Both the position numbers and the translations under genes were made by a program. A stretch of DNA of 35,916 bases, from NCBI RefSeq assembly GCF_004010195.1, contig NC_057756.1:5738562-5774477 (forward strand), given 5' to 3'. The DNA comes from Chiloscyllium plagiosum. Taxonomy: Eukaryota. Positions 22,246 to 34,859 of the stretch are shown piece after piece. The notes beneath the pieces are model-generated. The model was not told the origin of the DNA, ran no database searches, and saw only the letters and a list, made by a program, of their open reading frames with translations. Every line of letters starts with the position of its first letter. Position 1 is the first letter of the stretch.

Positions 22246-24480
22246 ACTTGATCCCAGCTGTCTATCCCAGACATATGTCTCCTTTTCCTTAATCAGAGCA
22301 TCAATATCCTTAGTCATCAGGTTCCCTACTCCTGCCAGCCTTGCTCTTCACACTCACAGGAACACTTTTGAAAGTTTCTATCTAATACTATCAAAATTGG
22401 TCTTGCCACACTTTAGAACCTTAACTCGTGGATCAGACCTATCCTTTTCCATAAGTAGTTTAAAACTAACAGTATTATGGTCATTCATCCTAAAACGCTC
22501 CCCCACTAACACCTCAGTGACTTCCCCTGTCTTGTTTCCCAAGAGATTGAGGTTTGCCCCTTCTCCAGTAAGGCCATCTACATATGACTGAGAAAGTTCT
22601 CCTGAACAAGCGTAACAGATTCCACCCCAACCCAATCCATGTTTGAAAAGTTAAAATCCTTTACTGTTATAACCTTATTATTCTTACAGCTATCTGCGAT
22701 CTCCCTACAAATTCCTGCTGGCTATTGGTGGGGGGGGGCTTCAGTACATCCCATCCAAGTGATCAGCCCCTTCTTATTTCTCAGTTCCCCCCATACAGCT
22801 TCACTGGACAATCTCTCAGAGATATCATCTCCAAGTATTGCCATGGTATTCTGTCTAATCAAAAATGCCACTCCTCCTCTTCTCTTGCCTCCCCTTCTAT
22901 CTTTCCTAGTGTGTGTGTACCCTGGGACATTGAGCTGCCAGTCTTGTCCCTCCCTCAGACATGTTTCTGTAATAGCTATAATACCCCAGTCCCATGTACC
23001 AATGCGGACTCTGAGCTCCTCTACCTTGCCTGTAAGGCCTCTTGCATTGAAATAAATGCAGTCCCCTGCTGTACTCCTGCCTGCCTTATCGATTTAACTT
23101 CAAGAGTGTAATGCTGGAAACACACAGCATGTCAGACAGCATCCGAGGAGCAAGAGAATTGACATTTCGGGCAAAAGCCCATCATCGGGAATGAGGCTGG
23201 AAGCCTTGGCAGTGGAGAGAGAAATGGGAGGGAGGGAGGGCTGGGGGGAAGGTAGCTGAGAGTGCCCATTTCATTTATCTCTCCACTCCCGAGTGCCCAT
23301 TTCATTTATCTCTCCACTCCCGAGGCTCCCAGCCTCATTCCTGACGAAACATTGATTGTCCTGCTCCTCAGATGTTGCCTGACCTGCTGTGCTTTACCAG
23401 CACCACACTCTCGACTCTAATCTCCAGCATCTGCAGTGCTCACTTTCGCCTTATCTATTTAACTTGTCCTCTTTAACCTCTGCACCAGCCTCATCTTTCT
23501 CTCCTCTCTGGGTCCCAACTCCACCAGACTAGTTTAAACCCTCCCGAGTAACAAATCTCCCTTCCAGGATATTGGCACCCCTCCAGTTCAGGTCTAACAT
23601 GTCCCTGTTTGTGAACACCCGAATCCCTGCTCCAGCTCCTCGGTCACACACTCATCTGCCCTACCTGTCCTGAATCTGAGTTAATAGTAGTGTGCCAAGT
23701 GTTGAAATGGAGGTTTTAAAAGGTAGTCAGAGCTAGTTTTCAAATGGCGACAATCGCTTTATAAAGAGAATTTGAGGCTGTTCCTACTCTCACTAGCACA
23801 TGGCTACTACCAGAGATTACTACCCTTCAGGTCCTGTTTTGTTAACCTCCAGCCTAACTCTGCAGGACCTCATCCCTTTTTTCTCCCTGTGTCAGTGATA
23901 CCAATGTGTACAACCACCTCCAGCTGCTCATGCTCCCCTTTGAGAATTTGCTATAACTGCTCTGGGGTGTCCTTAACCCTGACACTAAGGAGGCAACACA
24001 CCACCTTGAAGTTTTTCTCATGGCCTTTGAAATGCCCCTGACTGAACAGCCCCCTATCACATTGCGTACTTGGACTTTGCCATAGAGCAGAGCCGGTCAG
24101 GGTGACAAAGACCTGGCTGCTGCTGCTATTTCCACCCTAGAGGCTATCCCCCCAATAGTATCCAAAACAGTGTCCTTGTTTGAGAGGGGAATAGCCACAG
24201 GAGACTCCTGCAGTACCTGCCTACCCCTCCTGGCAGTCAGCCATCTATCTCACTGTATGTGCAGTGTGAACACCTCCCTCAGTCTATCACACTATCTGCC
24301 CACTGTATGCTCCTCAGTGTCTCCAACTGCTACTCCAACTGATCCATGTGATCTGAGAGGAGCTGCAGCCAGACACACTTCCTGCAGACACCATAGTCAC
24401 CAGGGACATTCTCTGCCCCCTTAACAACCAAAGGACTTCAGGAAAGAAAAGAGATTTTACCCTTACCTTGGTGCCGCTCA
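22246..24480 (-). mobile_element. CR1 LINE 5' half (ORF1 + endonuclease), degenerate, with nested insertions
   Basis: Minus strand LNLLGN...NDHNTVSF; reverse-complement similarity to 800-2600. Boundaries approximate. Confidence 0.8.
23083..23465. mobile_element. Inverted Penelope pLTR pair with 18-bp target-site duplication
   Basis: gccttatc(g/t)atttaactt at 23083-23100 and 23448-23465. Minus-strand pLTR 23101-23265 followed by a plus-strand pLTR. 31-bp tandem duplication 23260-23290 / 23291-23321. Confidence 0.85.
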
Positions 24481-25535
24481 GACTCCTCCTGCTACTCACA
24501 AAGGCCTGCTCTTAGATTGAACCAGCAGCACTCGACCACAAAGCAGCCCCTTATAGAAACAGCTGGAAATAAGAGACGGTAAGGCCTCCCTTATCCACTT
24601 GCCTAAGCTCTCACACTTAGCTCAAGTTCCACACTTCACACAACTCCTAGCATTTGTACAGTCATGCTGGTCTCACTTAAAAGTCACAGCCTACAGCGAC
24701 CGCTTCAGAAAAAAATTGTTTCATTCACATCCTGTGCCGAAGTAAATATGTAATACTGTTTGATATATCACATGAAACCTTTCAGCATCGTGCAGAAACA
24801 AAAGAATGAAAAAGCCACTAAGATCACTTGCAAACAGACATGGGCAAGAAGCACTTCCTTCGACAGAATGTCAACACAAATGAGTGAAAACAAGTTGTTC
24901 CCCTGGCCGTGTTGATTTCTGATTGAAAATATAAACATGGGCTTCCAGGAAAACGGGCATTGATGTTGGAGTAAACAGCTAGAGTTTTAGATTTATTTCT
25001 GACTCTTTCATGGTGAATGGGATGTCTGACGTGGCCAGCCTTCTGTTACATCCATAATTTCCCAAGAGGAGGCCTTCAGAGCAATAGATGGACAAAAGGT
25101 GATGGTGCTGCGACAGCAACTTGCCAGGAAAGGGAAGTCGAGGGATTGGTAAGGTACAAGACTAATATCGGCAGGGTTAAGGAAGAGTGATGATGGATTC
25201 CAGATGGAGTGAACTGCTAACAATGTCAGCTAAAATGGAGATCAAAGCTGTTCAAAACCCAAATTGAGCCGCTGTGCTCTTAGTGTACAACCGAGATGTA
25301 TCTATCCAGATACGAAGCCAAGAATAGTGAGCCTCCAGAGCACAGTACCATCCACTCCACCTCCCCAGTGTCTGACATACAGTAATAGAGGGATGGAAAC
25401 CTTAGAGAAGCTACAGTGAGACCGAATGGATGAGAATAGCATGGAATGAAAATATTTCTAATAACATAATAGAAAGACATTAATTATTTTTTTTTAAAAA
25501 AAAGACCATTTCGTCAAAGCAAGTTTCAGAATTTG

Positions 25536-25541
25536 TTTATT
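25536..25541 (-). terminator. Candidate polyadenylation signal of the GPCR gene
   Basis: AATAAA on the minus strand ~237 nt downstream of the stop codon. Confidence 0.4.
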
Positions 25542-25777
25542 TTGCATTTGTTTTCCATTTTCTGAGCAGCTGAGAGACAGAGCTGTGAAAGTCGAGCAGA
25601 GACTTTGCCTTCCATTTCCCAGGCCATTCTGCAGGACGTGCACACTGTCTGTGCTCCTTCTATCCTCTACTGCTGTTTGGACGGTAAGTTAAACCCCCAG
25701 CAACTTATGGTAACACCCAGATCCTGGAAATAAATTTTACCTCCATTGGCAGGAGCCATTGGGACCCTAAGCAGATC

Positions 25778-26676
25778 TCAGTTAACGAATCGTATAATTG
25801 ATCTAAATGGAGACGCCATCGTATTTTTGAACTGCTCTCGAAATTTGGTCTGAGTCACCCCATAAATAAAGGTATTTGTGCAGCAACTTGAAATCCGCAA
25901 CATATATCCAACTTTCCGAAAGACATACTCAGAACTGTTGTAATCTGCAGGATCTTTCCCTGTTATAAAATAATATAAAAATTCTATGACATGTGTTAGC
26001 CACAGAAGTATGAAACTGCCGGATATGGTGAAGAGTAAGATAGCTGACTTCCTTCTGCTCTCTATCTCTGGGTCACTTTGGCTCTCTCCCTTAGTCTGAG
26101 TCCTCAGTCTCTTTCGGACTAAACTGGCCACTAAGATGTGTCTGACTGTCAGAGCATTCAGCAATAGAATTAATACGAATGGAATCAATGGAGTTAAAAT
26201 CTTATCAAACCAATCAAAACCCACCCATGCAGGTTCTGTAAAATAGCTTGCCTTGATGCGACAGTCCCATGGTAAATTATTAATTATCCAGACGGGCTTT
26301 ACAGTAAAATAGAAGGGAATGGTTTTCAAACAGAGTAGAACACAGGCTGTTGATAGAATCAAAGCAGCAGTTTTCTCCGTGCAAAACCTCTTTTTCAGTT
26401 TCAGGCAGCAAATGGCTACAAATCGATCAAAGGAGAAAGTGACTGTGAACCAGACGGAACAATCAGCAGTTGAACGAGTTAGAACATAAATAACACTACA
26501 CACTGGAGTGATGTCCAAGAAAGATCCACGGAAGTAGTAATGATTGATACGATAGAGTATGACCTCAATGACTATAACCAAAAGATCTGCCATTGCCATG
26601 GCTACCAGATAGTAAGTGGTACAGTTCGACAGGCCACACCTCCCTCGGCGCAGGATCACAATAGCTGTTAGATTAA
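25778..26676 (-). CDS. GPR139/GPR142-like class A GPCR, coding exon 2
   Basis: Open frame with LVAMAMADL (TM2), C at the top of TM3, SFDRFVAIC (DRY-like), TIPFYF (TM4), PLIPF..LLN (TM5), ESRRKS, FILLW (TM6) and CCTNTFIY (TM7). Acceptor tctcttctcttctgtctcttacAG ends at 26677, phase 1. Confidence 0.92.
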
Positions 26677-27479
26677 CTGTAAGAGACAGAAGAGAAGAGA
26701 GAATTGAAATTTCCTATTCAACATCTCTACATTGAACCAAATATTAAAGGTTAGGGTTCATGGAAAATGAGTGGAAATCCTATTGAATCGTTTGCTGACC
26801 AATCAGCCTGAGTTAACCAGTCTGCTATTGATAGTGTCTGCACGAGTGATCACTCCACAGTCCCAGTTGAGACAATTTCCCATTTTCAAATTTCCTCCCA
26901 CTGCAGATATTTTCGATTTCATTCAGGAATTGTCATTACAACATGTAATTGCGTGGAACAAATTGCAACCTTAAATGCAGCATTAGTAAGCAGCATTCTG
27001 ATTAAAAGCAATGTAAAAACTGCAATGCCAGTCTGCAGCACCTCTCCTTTGACAAACGTAAAAGAAACATTACACCCTGTCATTTTAGATATCAAGAATT
27101 CCATAATCCTGATGTTGGTGATTAAAAGAAAATAAACAATATTGATGATTTAAACATCCATAGTAATAATTTCTATAAACTTCTGCTGTCAAGCCAAGAA
27201 CTCTCTCTTCCCCAGGTGGAAACTGCCTCATAACCCCATCAAACATCACATGCCACCTCATCACTGGATTCTCACATAGCAGATTTTCCCTTTGGAATAT
27301 ACTACGCCTCTCCTTCATTGTTCCTTTGAACAAAGGTTAGGACAGAGGCAGAGATCAGACAGAAGCCAACGAGGGAGTGATTGGAGCTGTGACAGCGAGT
27401 AACCTTACAGCCAAGCCTCTTCCAAGGCTGCCCACATTGAAGATATTCTCCTCCTCCCTTCACAAGGATCTCAGTGAGT

Positions 27480-30400
27480 CTCTCTCTCTTGCTGCACCCC
27501 CTCAGGTCATCTCCACTGCCTTCTGCTCTTCAGCAATGTCCTGAAGCAGACTCACTACCACAGCCACATCTCCTTCCTCAGCACCAACCTATACAACCAA
27601 CTTATCCCACATGGACTCAAAACTACATTCAGACCATCACAGTTTGGAGCAGACCAGGATAAATCCAAAGCCTCCAGAAACAGTTCTTCCTCTGGATCCT
27701 CCCCTCCACCCTCACAGCCATGTGCCACCACCTACTCTCCCCTGCAGTCAGCCCCGCCCGAGCTAAGGGCCACACTCTCTCAGACCTGCAAAGGACCTCT
27801 GCTGTTCTTCATCCTCAGAAGGATCCACATACTCAACAAACATTGATTCTCCAGCTTATTGGGCATCAAGGAATGAAAATACACCAAACTCTCATGTACT
27901 TACCTCTAAACCCGGGATTTCTCGATCATTCCAGAATGTTATCCCAGCCTCCATTATAGGTCGGATGAGATTAGTCACATGGTCGCTACAGCCACCACCA
28001 CCACCACTGCAAATGATGACCTCACTTCCTCTCCTGCCACCCCACAGACCATGGCCACCAATGACTATACTGTCTACGGCAGACCCACTGCCACTAAAAG
28101 CCCCACAAAGGCTGCCCACCACGTCACTTCCACCCCCGTGGTTGCTGCCGCCTCAGGCACTTCCGTCTCCACCAACTTCACTCACCAGAACACTGCCGAC
28201 CAACACGCTGCCGCAGCCACTGCTGAAGATGCCGTGAACGTCACACGCAACATCACTTCTGCCCCCTGCAAATGCCACCGTATGGTCGCTTCCACCCCCC
28301 TGACCACCATGGTGTGTGTCACTTCCTTTGGTGAGGTCATCCACAATACCAGTGATTTCCAGTGCGAGCAGCAGCGAAGGTAAGACCGTTTGGTTTTAAA
28401 AGTGCTTACCGGTAGCGGGCAGCAGTGTTTTTTTTCTGTATTCTTCTATGTTCTATGTTCTATGTAATACCATGACCACGCCCACTCCAGAGACAGTCTC
28501 CGCCCCCACACCCAACTCCAACTCGACACCAGGCCCTTGTCCCCCAGCCTTGCTGGGTTTTCACCATCCTCCCAGACCTCCCCCTACCTGAGGATGAACC
28601 ATCAGTCCTCAGTGAAGGTCTCACCTTCATTCCACTATACTCCTGAGTCAACGAATTCCACGCGCTTTGTGACATTGAATTTTCCTTCCACCGCCCCCGT
28701 GCTTACTTTTTCAATCAGGACTTTCACCAAGCCTCTGAACATCCCCATTCCTGCCTCCAACATACTCCATCCACTTGGACACCCAGTGCTGGTCTGTTAC
28801 TCGCCCTTGACCTCTTTATCTCCAACTGACACCATGACATTGACAGCCTCAACTGGGCCACTCCCTCACCCAATCCAACCTCTCACCCACGCAATGTGCA
28901 GCCCTCCACTCCCTCCGCTCCAACCCCAACCTCACCATCAAACCCACAGACAAGGTGGGGAGGGGGTGGGGGTGTGGTGGTGCGCAGTGATAATTTGGCG
29001 CACCGATCTCTGCACCACTGAAGCCAGGCACCAAATCATGGACACCTCCTCCTACTGCCCGTTCGACCACAACCTCACCTCCCATCCCCAAACCATCATC
29101 TCCCGGACCATCCACAACTTCATCACCTTTGGGGATCTCCCATCCACAGCCTCCAACCTTATAGTCCGGGTACCCCGCACCGCCCGGTTCTATCTCCTAC
29201 CCAAGATCCACAAACCTGACTGTCCCGGTGGGCGCATCGTCTCTGCCTGCTCCTGCTCCACCAAAGTTATCTCCACAAAGCTTGACACTGTCCTGTCCTC
29301 CTTGGTCCAGGAATTCCCCACATGCATTCGGGACCTCTACCACCTCCATGACATTCATTTCCCTGGCTCCCAATGCCTCATCTTCATGGCCATCCAGTCC
29401 CTGTCCACCATGACGGATGCTTCCAGGCCATCCATTTCTTCGTCTTCCTCTGACCCAACCAGTACCCCTCTATCAACACACTCATTCAATTGGCTGAACT
29501 GGTCCTCACCCTCAACAACTTCTCCTTCAAATCCTCCCTCTTCCTCCAGACCGAAGGGAAAGCCATGGGCACCCATATGAGATCCCAGCTATGCCTGCCT
29601 GCTTGTAGGATACATGGAACAGTCCATCTTCCAGCACCATCCCCGACCTTTACCTCTGCTACATTGATGACCGTATCGACACTACCACATGCTCCCACAG
29701 GGAGGTTGAACAGTTCAGCAGCTTCATTAACACCTTGCATCCTGACATCAAATTCATCTGGACCATCTCAGCCACCTCCCTCCCCTTCCTGGACCTCTCC
29801 GTCTCCATTTCCAGCAATAGACTCAACACAGACATTTACTTCAAATCCAACTCCCACAGCTCCCTGGATTACACCTCCTCCCACCCCACCTCCTGTAAAA
29901 ACGCTATCCCTTACTCCCAATTCCTCCGCCTCCACCGTATCTGCTCCCAGGAGGAGCAATTCCACTCAAGGACATCCCAGACAGCTTCTTGTTTCAAGGA
30001 CTGCAATTTTCCCTCCCACCTGGTTAACAATACCCTCCAGCACATTGCCCCCACTTCCCGCACCTCTGCCCGTGAACCCCCACCCCCTCCAACCGCAACA
30101 AGGATACAACCTCTGGTCCTCACCTTCCACGCCATCAATCTCTGGATACAATGCATCATCCTCTGCCATTTCCGTTGGCTACAGTCAGACCCCACCACCA
30201 GAGATATATTTCCCTCCCCACGCCTTTCAGCATTCCGCAACCCCCACCAACCCACCCTCACTCCCAGCACCTTCCCTTGTTGCCACAAAAGGTGTAAAGC
30301 CTGCGCCCACACCTCCCCCCCTCACCTCCATCCAAGGTCCCAAAGGATCCTCCCGCATCCGGCAGAGATTTTCCTGCACCTCCACACACCTCATCGACTG

Positions 30401-30910
30401 TGTCCGTTGCTCTTGATGTGGTCTCCTCTACATTGGGGAAGCCAACTCACGAAATGTTTCAGGAACACACACTCCAAACAACCCCACCCCCCTGTGGCTG
30501 ACCACTTCCACTCCCCTTCCCCATTCCGCCAAGAACTTGCAAGTCCTGGGCCTCCTCCACTGCCAAATCCTAGCCACCTGACACCTGGAGGAAGAACACC
30601 TCATCATCTGTCTTGGGACTGTCCAACCACATGGGATTAAGACAATTTCAGTCTCCTCATCTCCCCTCCCTCCACCTTGTCCCAGACCCAACCCGCCCTC
30701 TTACATTGTCCTTCCTGTCCATCTTCCTTCCCACCTATCCACTCCCCCCTCTGCTCCAACCTATTACTATCACCCTCCACTTATTGCCTTCCCAGCTACC
30801 TTCCACCCAGCTCCACAACACCCCCCCCCTGCTGCCTGACCGGCTGTGCTTTTCCAGCGCCACCCCTTCTTGACTCTGATCTCCAGCATCTGCAGTCCTC
30901 ACTTTCTCCC
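27480..30910 (+). mobile_element. Near full-length decayed Penelope-like element inside the GPCR intron
   Basis: N-terminal HSHISFLST; RT motifs GLTFIP, KPTDK, FYLLPKIHKP, GKAMGT, YIDD, HPDIKF..LPFLDL; GIY-YIG region CVRCS*CGLLYIG; pLTR end ctccagcatctgcagtcctcactttctcc. Confidence 0.9.
28352..28465 (+). mobile_element. 114-bp retroposed insert with (TTCTATG)3 tail
   Basis: Flanked by direct repeat aatacca (28345-28351, 28466-28472). CR1-type tandem tail. Confidence 0.6.
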
Positions 30911-31469
30911 GTGACAGAGAGTGTCAAACAGCGAAACTGCTTTTGATAAAGTCAAGCAAGAAAGAGGAAACTTCAACATTGGTGGTGGGAAAAGAGATTT
31001 CAGGAGTGGATCAGGAATCTCCACACTGAGAGGTAGCCCAGTCTTAAGTGGGTGTCATGATTATTTGTCCCATTTCAAGTTATAATCAATACAACTCTAC
31101 AACTCCACTGTGCCAAGTATTTTCAGCCACACAGGTGACAAGGAACAGGCATTCTATTATTACAGAAATCTATCCCCAGCACCTTACTACAGTGACAGAT
31201 CCAAGGCCTCTTTAACTGAGAAAACTATCTCCAATCATTGCCTTACACTTAGTAGCCAATGTTACAAATCCAAAGGACATTTATGTGACAATCAGGGAGC
31301 ACACTGATTCCAAATGACAGTTGAAGTGTGAGAATAGAACAACACCGCAGAGAGTATATAGGATACTTTGTTTGAATAAATAATTTGATTGCGATGTTGA
31401 CTCCAGGATGAGCAGGTAATAATGTCAGATACAAAGTAAAATCAGAGAATTCTGATTTTTACACATTTG

Positions 31470-34235
31470 CATAGAACAGTACAGTACAGCACAGACTCAA
31501 TGGTGTGCCGAACGTTTATCCTACTCTAAGATCAAACTAACCTACATACTCTTCATTTTACTATCATCCATGTGCCTATCCAAGAGTTGCTGAAATGTCC
31601 CTAATGTGTCTGATTCTACTACCATTGGTAGCAGTGCATTCCGCGCACTCTCTGTACAGAGAACTTACCTCTGACAGCTCCCTTAAACCTTCCTCCAATC
31701 ACCTTCAAATTATGTCCCACCGTAATAGTCATTTCCACCCTGAGAATAGGTCTCTGACTATCCACACTATCTGTGCCTCTAATCATCTTGAACACCTCTA
31801 TCAAGTCACCTCTCATCCTTCTTCACTCCAAAGGGTAAACCCTCGCTCCTTCAACCTTTCTTCACAAGACATGCCCTTCAGTCCAGGCAGCATCCTGGGA
31901 AATCTCCCCTGCACCCTCTCTAAAGCTTCCCCATCCTTCCTATAATGAGGTGACCAGAATGGAACACAATATTTTAAGTGTGGTAATCGAGCTGCAGCAA
32001 AACCTTATGGCTCTTAAACCCAACGCCTCTACGAATGAAAGCCATTACACCCATACGCCTTCTTAACAACCCAATCATCTTGGGCGGCAACTTTGAGGGA
32101 TCTATGGACATGGACCCCAAGATCCCTCTGTTCCTCCATATTGCCAAGAATCCTGCCTTTAACACTGCAATCTGCCTTCAAAGTGAACTTTCCAAAATGC
32201 ATCCTGTCAAACTTCTCCAGGTTGAACTCCATCTGCCACTTATCAGTCCAACTCTGCATCCTGTCACTGTCCCACTGCAACCTACAACAGCCCTCCACAA
32301 TATCCACAACTCCACAAACCTTTACATTATCCACAAACTTACTAACCCACCCTTCCACTTTCTCATCCAATTCATTTATAAAAATCACAAAAAGCAGAGG
32401 TCCCTGAACAGATTCCTGTGGAACATCACTGGTCACCGAGCTCCAGGCTGAAGACATTCCATCTACCACCACCCTCTGTCTGGGCCAGAATGAGCCAGCC
32501 AATTCTGTATCCAGTCAGATTTCCCTGTATCCCGTGCCTCCTTACTTTCTGAATGAGCCTACTGTGGGGAACTTTATCAAACGCCTTGCTAAAATCGATA
32601 TCAACCGCATCCACTGCTCTACCTTCATCAATGTGTTGTCACATCCTCAAAGAATTCAATAACGCTTGGGAGGCATGACCTGCCCCTCACAAAGCCATGC
32701 AGACCATCTCTAATCAAGCTATGCTTTTTCAAATAATCATAAATCCTGTCCCTCAAAATCCTTTCCAATAATTTGCCGACCACTGTTGTAAGACTGACTG
32801 GTCTGTAATTCCTAGGATTATCCCTATTCCCTTACTTGAACAAGGGAATAACATTTGCCACCCTCCAATCATCTGATACAATGCCAATGGACAGTGAAGA
32901 GCAAAGACCATCTCTAAACGTGCAGCAATCTCTTCACTCACTTCCCATAGCCCGCGGATATATCTCGTCTGGCCCAGGGGACTTGACTATTCTCATGTTT
33001 TTCAAAATTTCCAGCACGTCCTCCTTCTTAACATTAATCTGTTCGTGTGTATCCGCCTGTTTCACACTGTCCTCACTAACAACAGGGTCCCTCTCACTGG
33101 TGAATACTGAACCAAACTAGTCATTAAGGATCTCCCCTACCTCCTCCGATGCCAGGCATAAGTTCCCTCCAGTATCCCCGATTGGCCCTACCCTCACTCT
33201 GGCCATCCTCATGTCTCTCGTATAAATGTAGAACGCTTTGGGGTTATCCTTAATCCTCCCCGTCAAGGCTTTGTCATGCCCCCCTCTAGATCTCTGAAGT
33301 CCATTCTTCAGTTCCTTCCTGGCTACTTTGTAACCCTCTAAAACCCTGTTTGATCTTTGCTTCCTCAACCTTAAGGAAGCTCCCTTCTTCCTTTTGACAA
33401 GATGTTCCACATCTTTTGATAAACCTAACTAGCACTCACAGCAAGTGCTCCCTAAACAAACTCTACATTTCTGTTGTGCATTACCCTGAGAATACCTGCT
33501 CCCAACCCATGCTCCACAGTTCCTGCCTAATGGCATTGTAATTCTCCCTCCCCCCAATTAAATACTTTCCCATAATGTCTGCTCCTATCCCTCTCCATGA
33601 CTATAGTAAAGGTCAGGGAGTTGTGATCACTATCACCGAAATGCTCTCCCACTGAGAGATCTGACACTTGACCTGGTTCATTGCCAAGCACCAAATCCAA
33701 TATGGCCTTTCCCCTAGAACGGTTACACCTGAAACATTGACTTCTCCACCTCCTGATGCTGCCTGGATTGTAGTGTTCCTCCAGCCTCCTGTGTGTCTAC
33801 CTTTCTACATGTTGTGTCTGGAATCCTTCCCGGAGACACCTGACAAAATCTGCCCCATCTGAACTGTTTGCACAAAGGAGATTCCAATCAATATGAGGGC
33901 AGTTAAAGTCGTCCATGACTACAACCCTGTTACTTCTGCACCTTTCCAAAATCTGTCTCTGAATCTACTCCTCCATGTCTCTGTTGCTATTGGGGAGGGG
34001 GTCTATATAAAATTCCAATAAAGTGACTGCGTCTTTCCCGTTTCTGACTTCCACTCATACTGACTCTGTCGACAAACCCTCCTTGATGACCTCCCTTCCT
34101 GCAGTTGGCATATTACCCCCTAATGAGCAACGCCACTCCCCCACCTCATCTCCCTCCCTCCCTATTCCTTATGAAAAACTTAAACACCGGAATATCCAAC
34201 AACCATTCCTGCCCCTGTGATATCCGAGTCTCCTC
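31470..34235 (-). mobile_element. CR1 LINE ORF2 (endonuclease-RT-3' end) inside the GPCR intron, degenerate
   Basis: NPKAFY, IDFSKAFDKVPH, PQESVQGPLLF, KFVDN (decayed FADD), MRGDLIEVFK. Small pLTR-like insert at ~33715-33805. Confidence 0.9.
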
Positions 34236-34254
34236 AATGATAAAGGTCCATTAC

Positions 34255-34321
34255 CTGGAACACCAATGACAGCGAGGATGGTGTAGTATATTTTCCCAAC
34301 ACTGTAAAACTGTTGGCGCAT
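34255..34321 (-). CDS. GPR139/GPR142-like GPCR, coding exon 1 (MRQQFYSVGKIYYTILAVIGVP)
   Basis: ATG at 34321 (gaaaATG). 67 nt ending CCAG|GTAATG donor, phase 1, matching exon 2. The join gives TM1 ILAVIGVPVNLTAIVIL with the conserved GxxxN. Confidence 0.85.
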
Positions 34322-34859
34322 TTTCTGTTTTCCGTGAAATTCCCTTTCATGCTGAAGGCAGTCTCATTGCATCAGCTCAGTGCCAATGATTCCTATTTAT
34401 CCTTTCTTGGAATCCTCACAAGGGGGATAGTGAAGTTGCAACATCTTTCAGCTAATTCCCATTACATTTGAATAAACATGTTGCGACACCCAGCTCAGTC
34501 ATGTCCTAAGAGTATATACTAACACTCAAGGTTGAAAGTTAGGTGTACAAAGACCGAATCATTGTGGTAAATAACCAATGGAAATTTAAAATAAATGTGA
34601 TTATTCTTTTCAACTCTTGTCAGGCCCATCTCTGACTCACATACACTTGCGGAATTTTTGAAAAAATACTGAGGTAAGGGTCTTATTGGCATACTCTGCA
34701 TTTATTGGCTATTAGAATTTACCCTTGATCAGAGACAATGCTAGGGACAATTTTGGAGGGTAATGAAGGGACAATTCCATTTCCGTGAGTCTCAAGTCCC
34801 ATGTCAGCCAGGGTTAGGACAGAAGGCTTTCTTCTGTGAAGGGGCAAATAATGATAGTT

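Noticed and set aside
25778..26659. GTG start given by the ORF track for the GPCR
   Set aside because: It truncates TM1. A splice acceptor at 26677 and an in-phase exon at 34321-34255 give the complete protein.
27892..28383. Pro/Thr/Ala-rich mucin-like ORFs
   Set aside because: Low-complexity C-rich region inside the Penelope element, open in several frames, with no signal peptide or splice support.
31974..33410. Cluster of ORFs as an active RT gene
   Set aside because: CR1 ORF2 is broken by many frameshifts and the catalytic FADD is mutated.
34393..34400. TATA-like ATAAATA ~75 nt upstream of the GPCR ATG
   Set aside because: Weak motif in AT-rich DNA and the transcription start is unknown.
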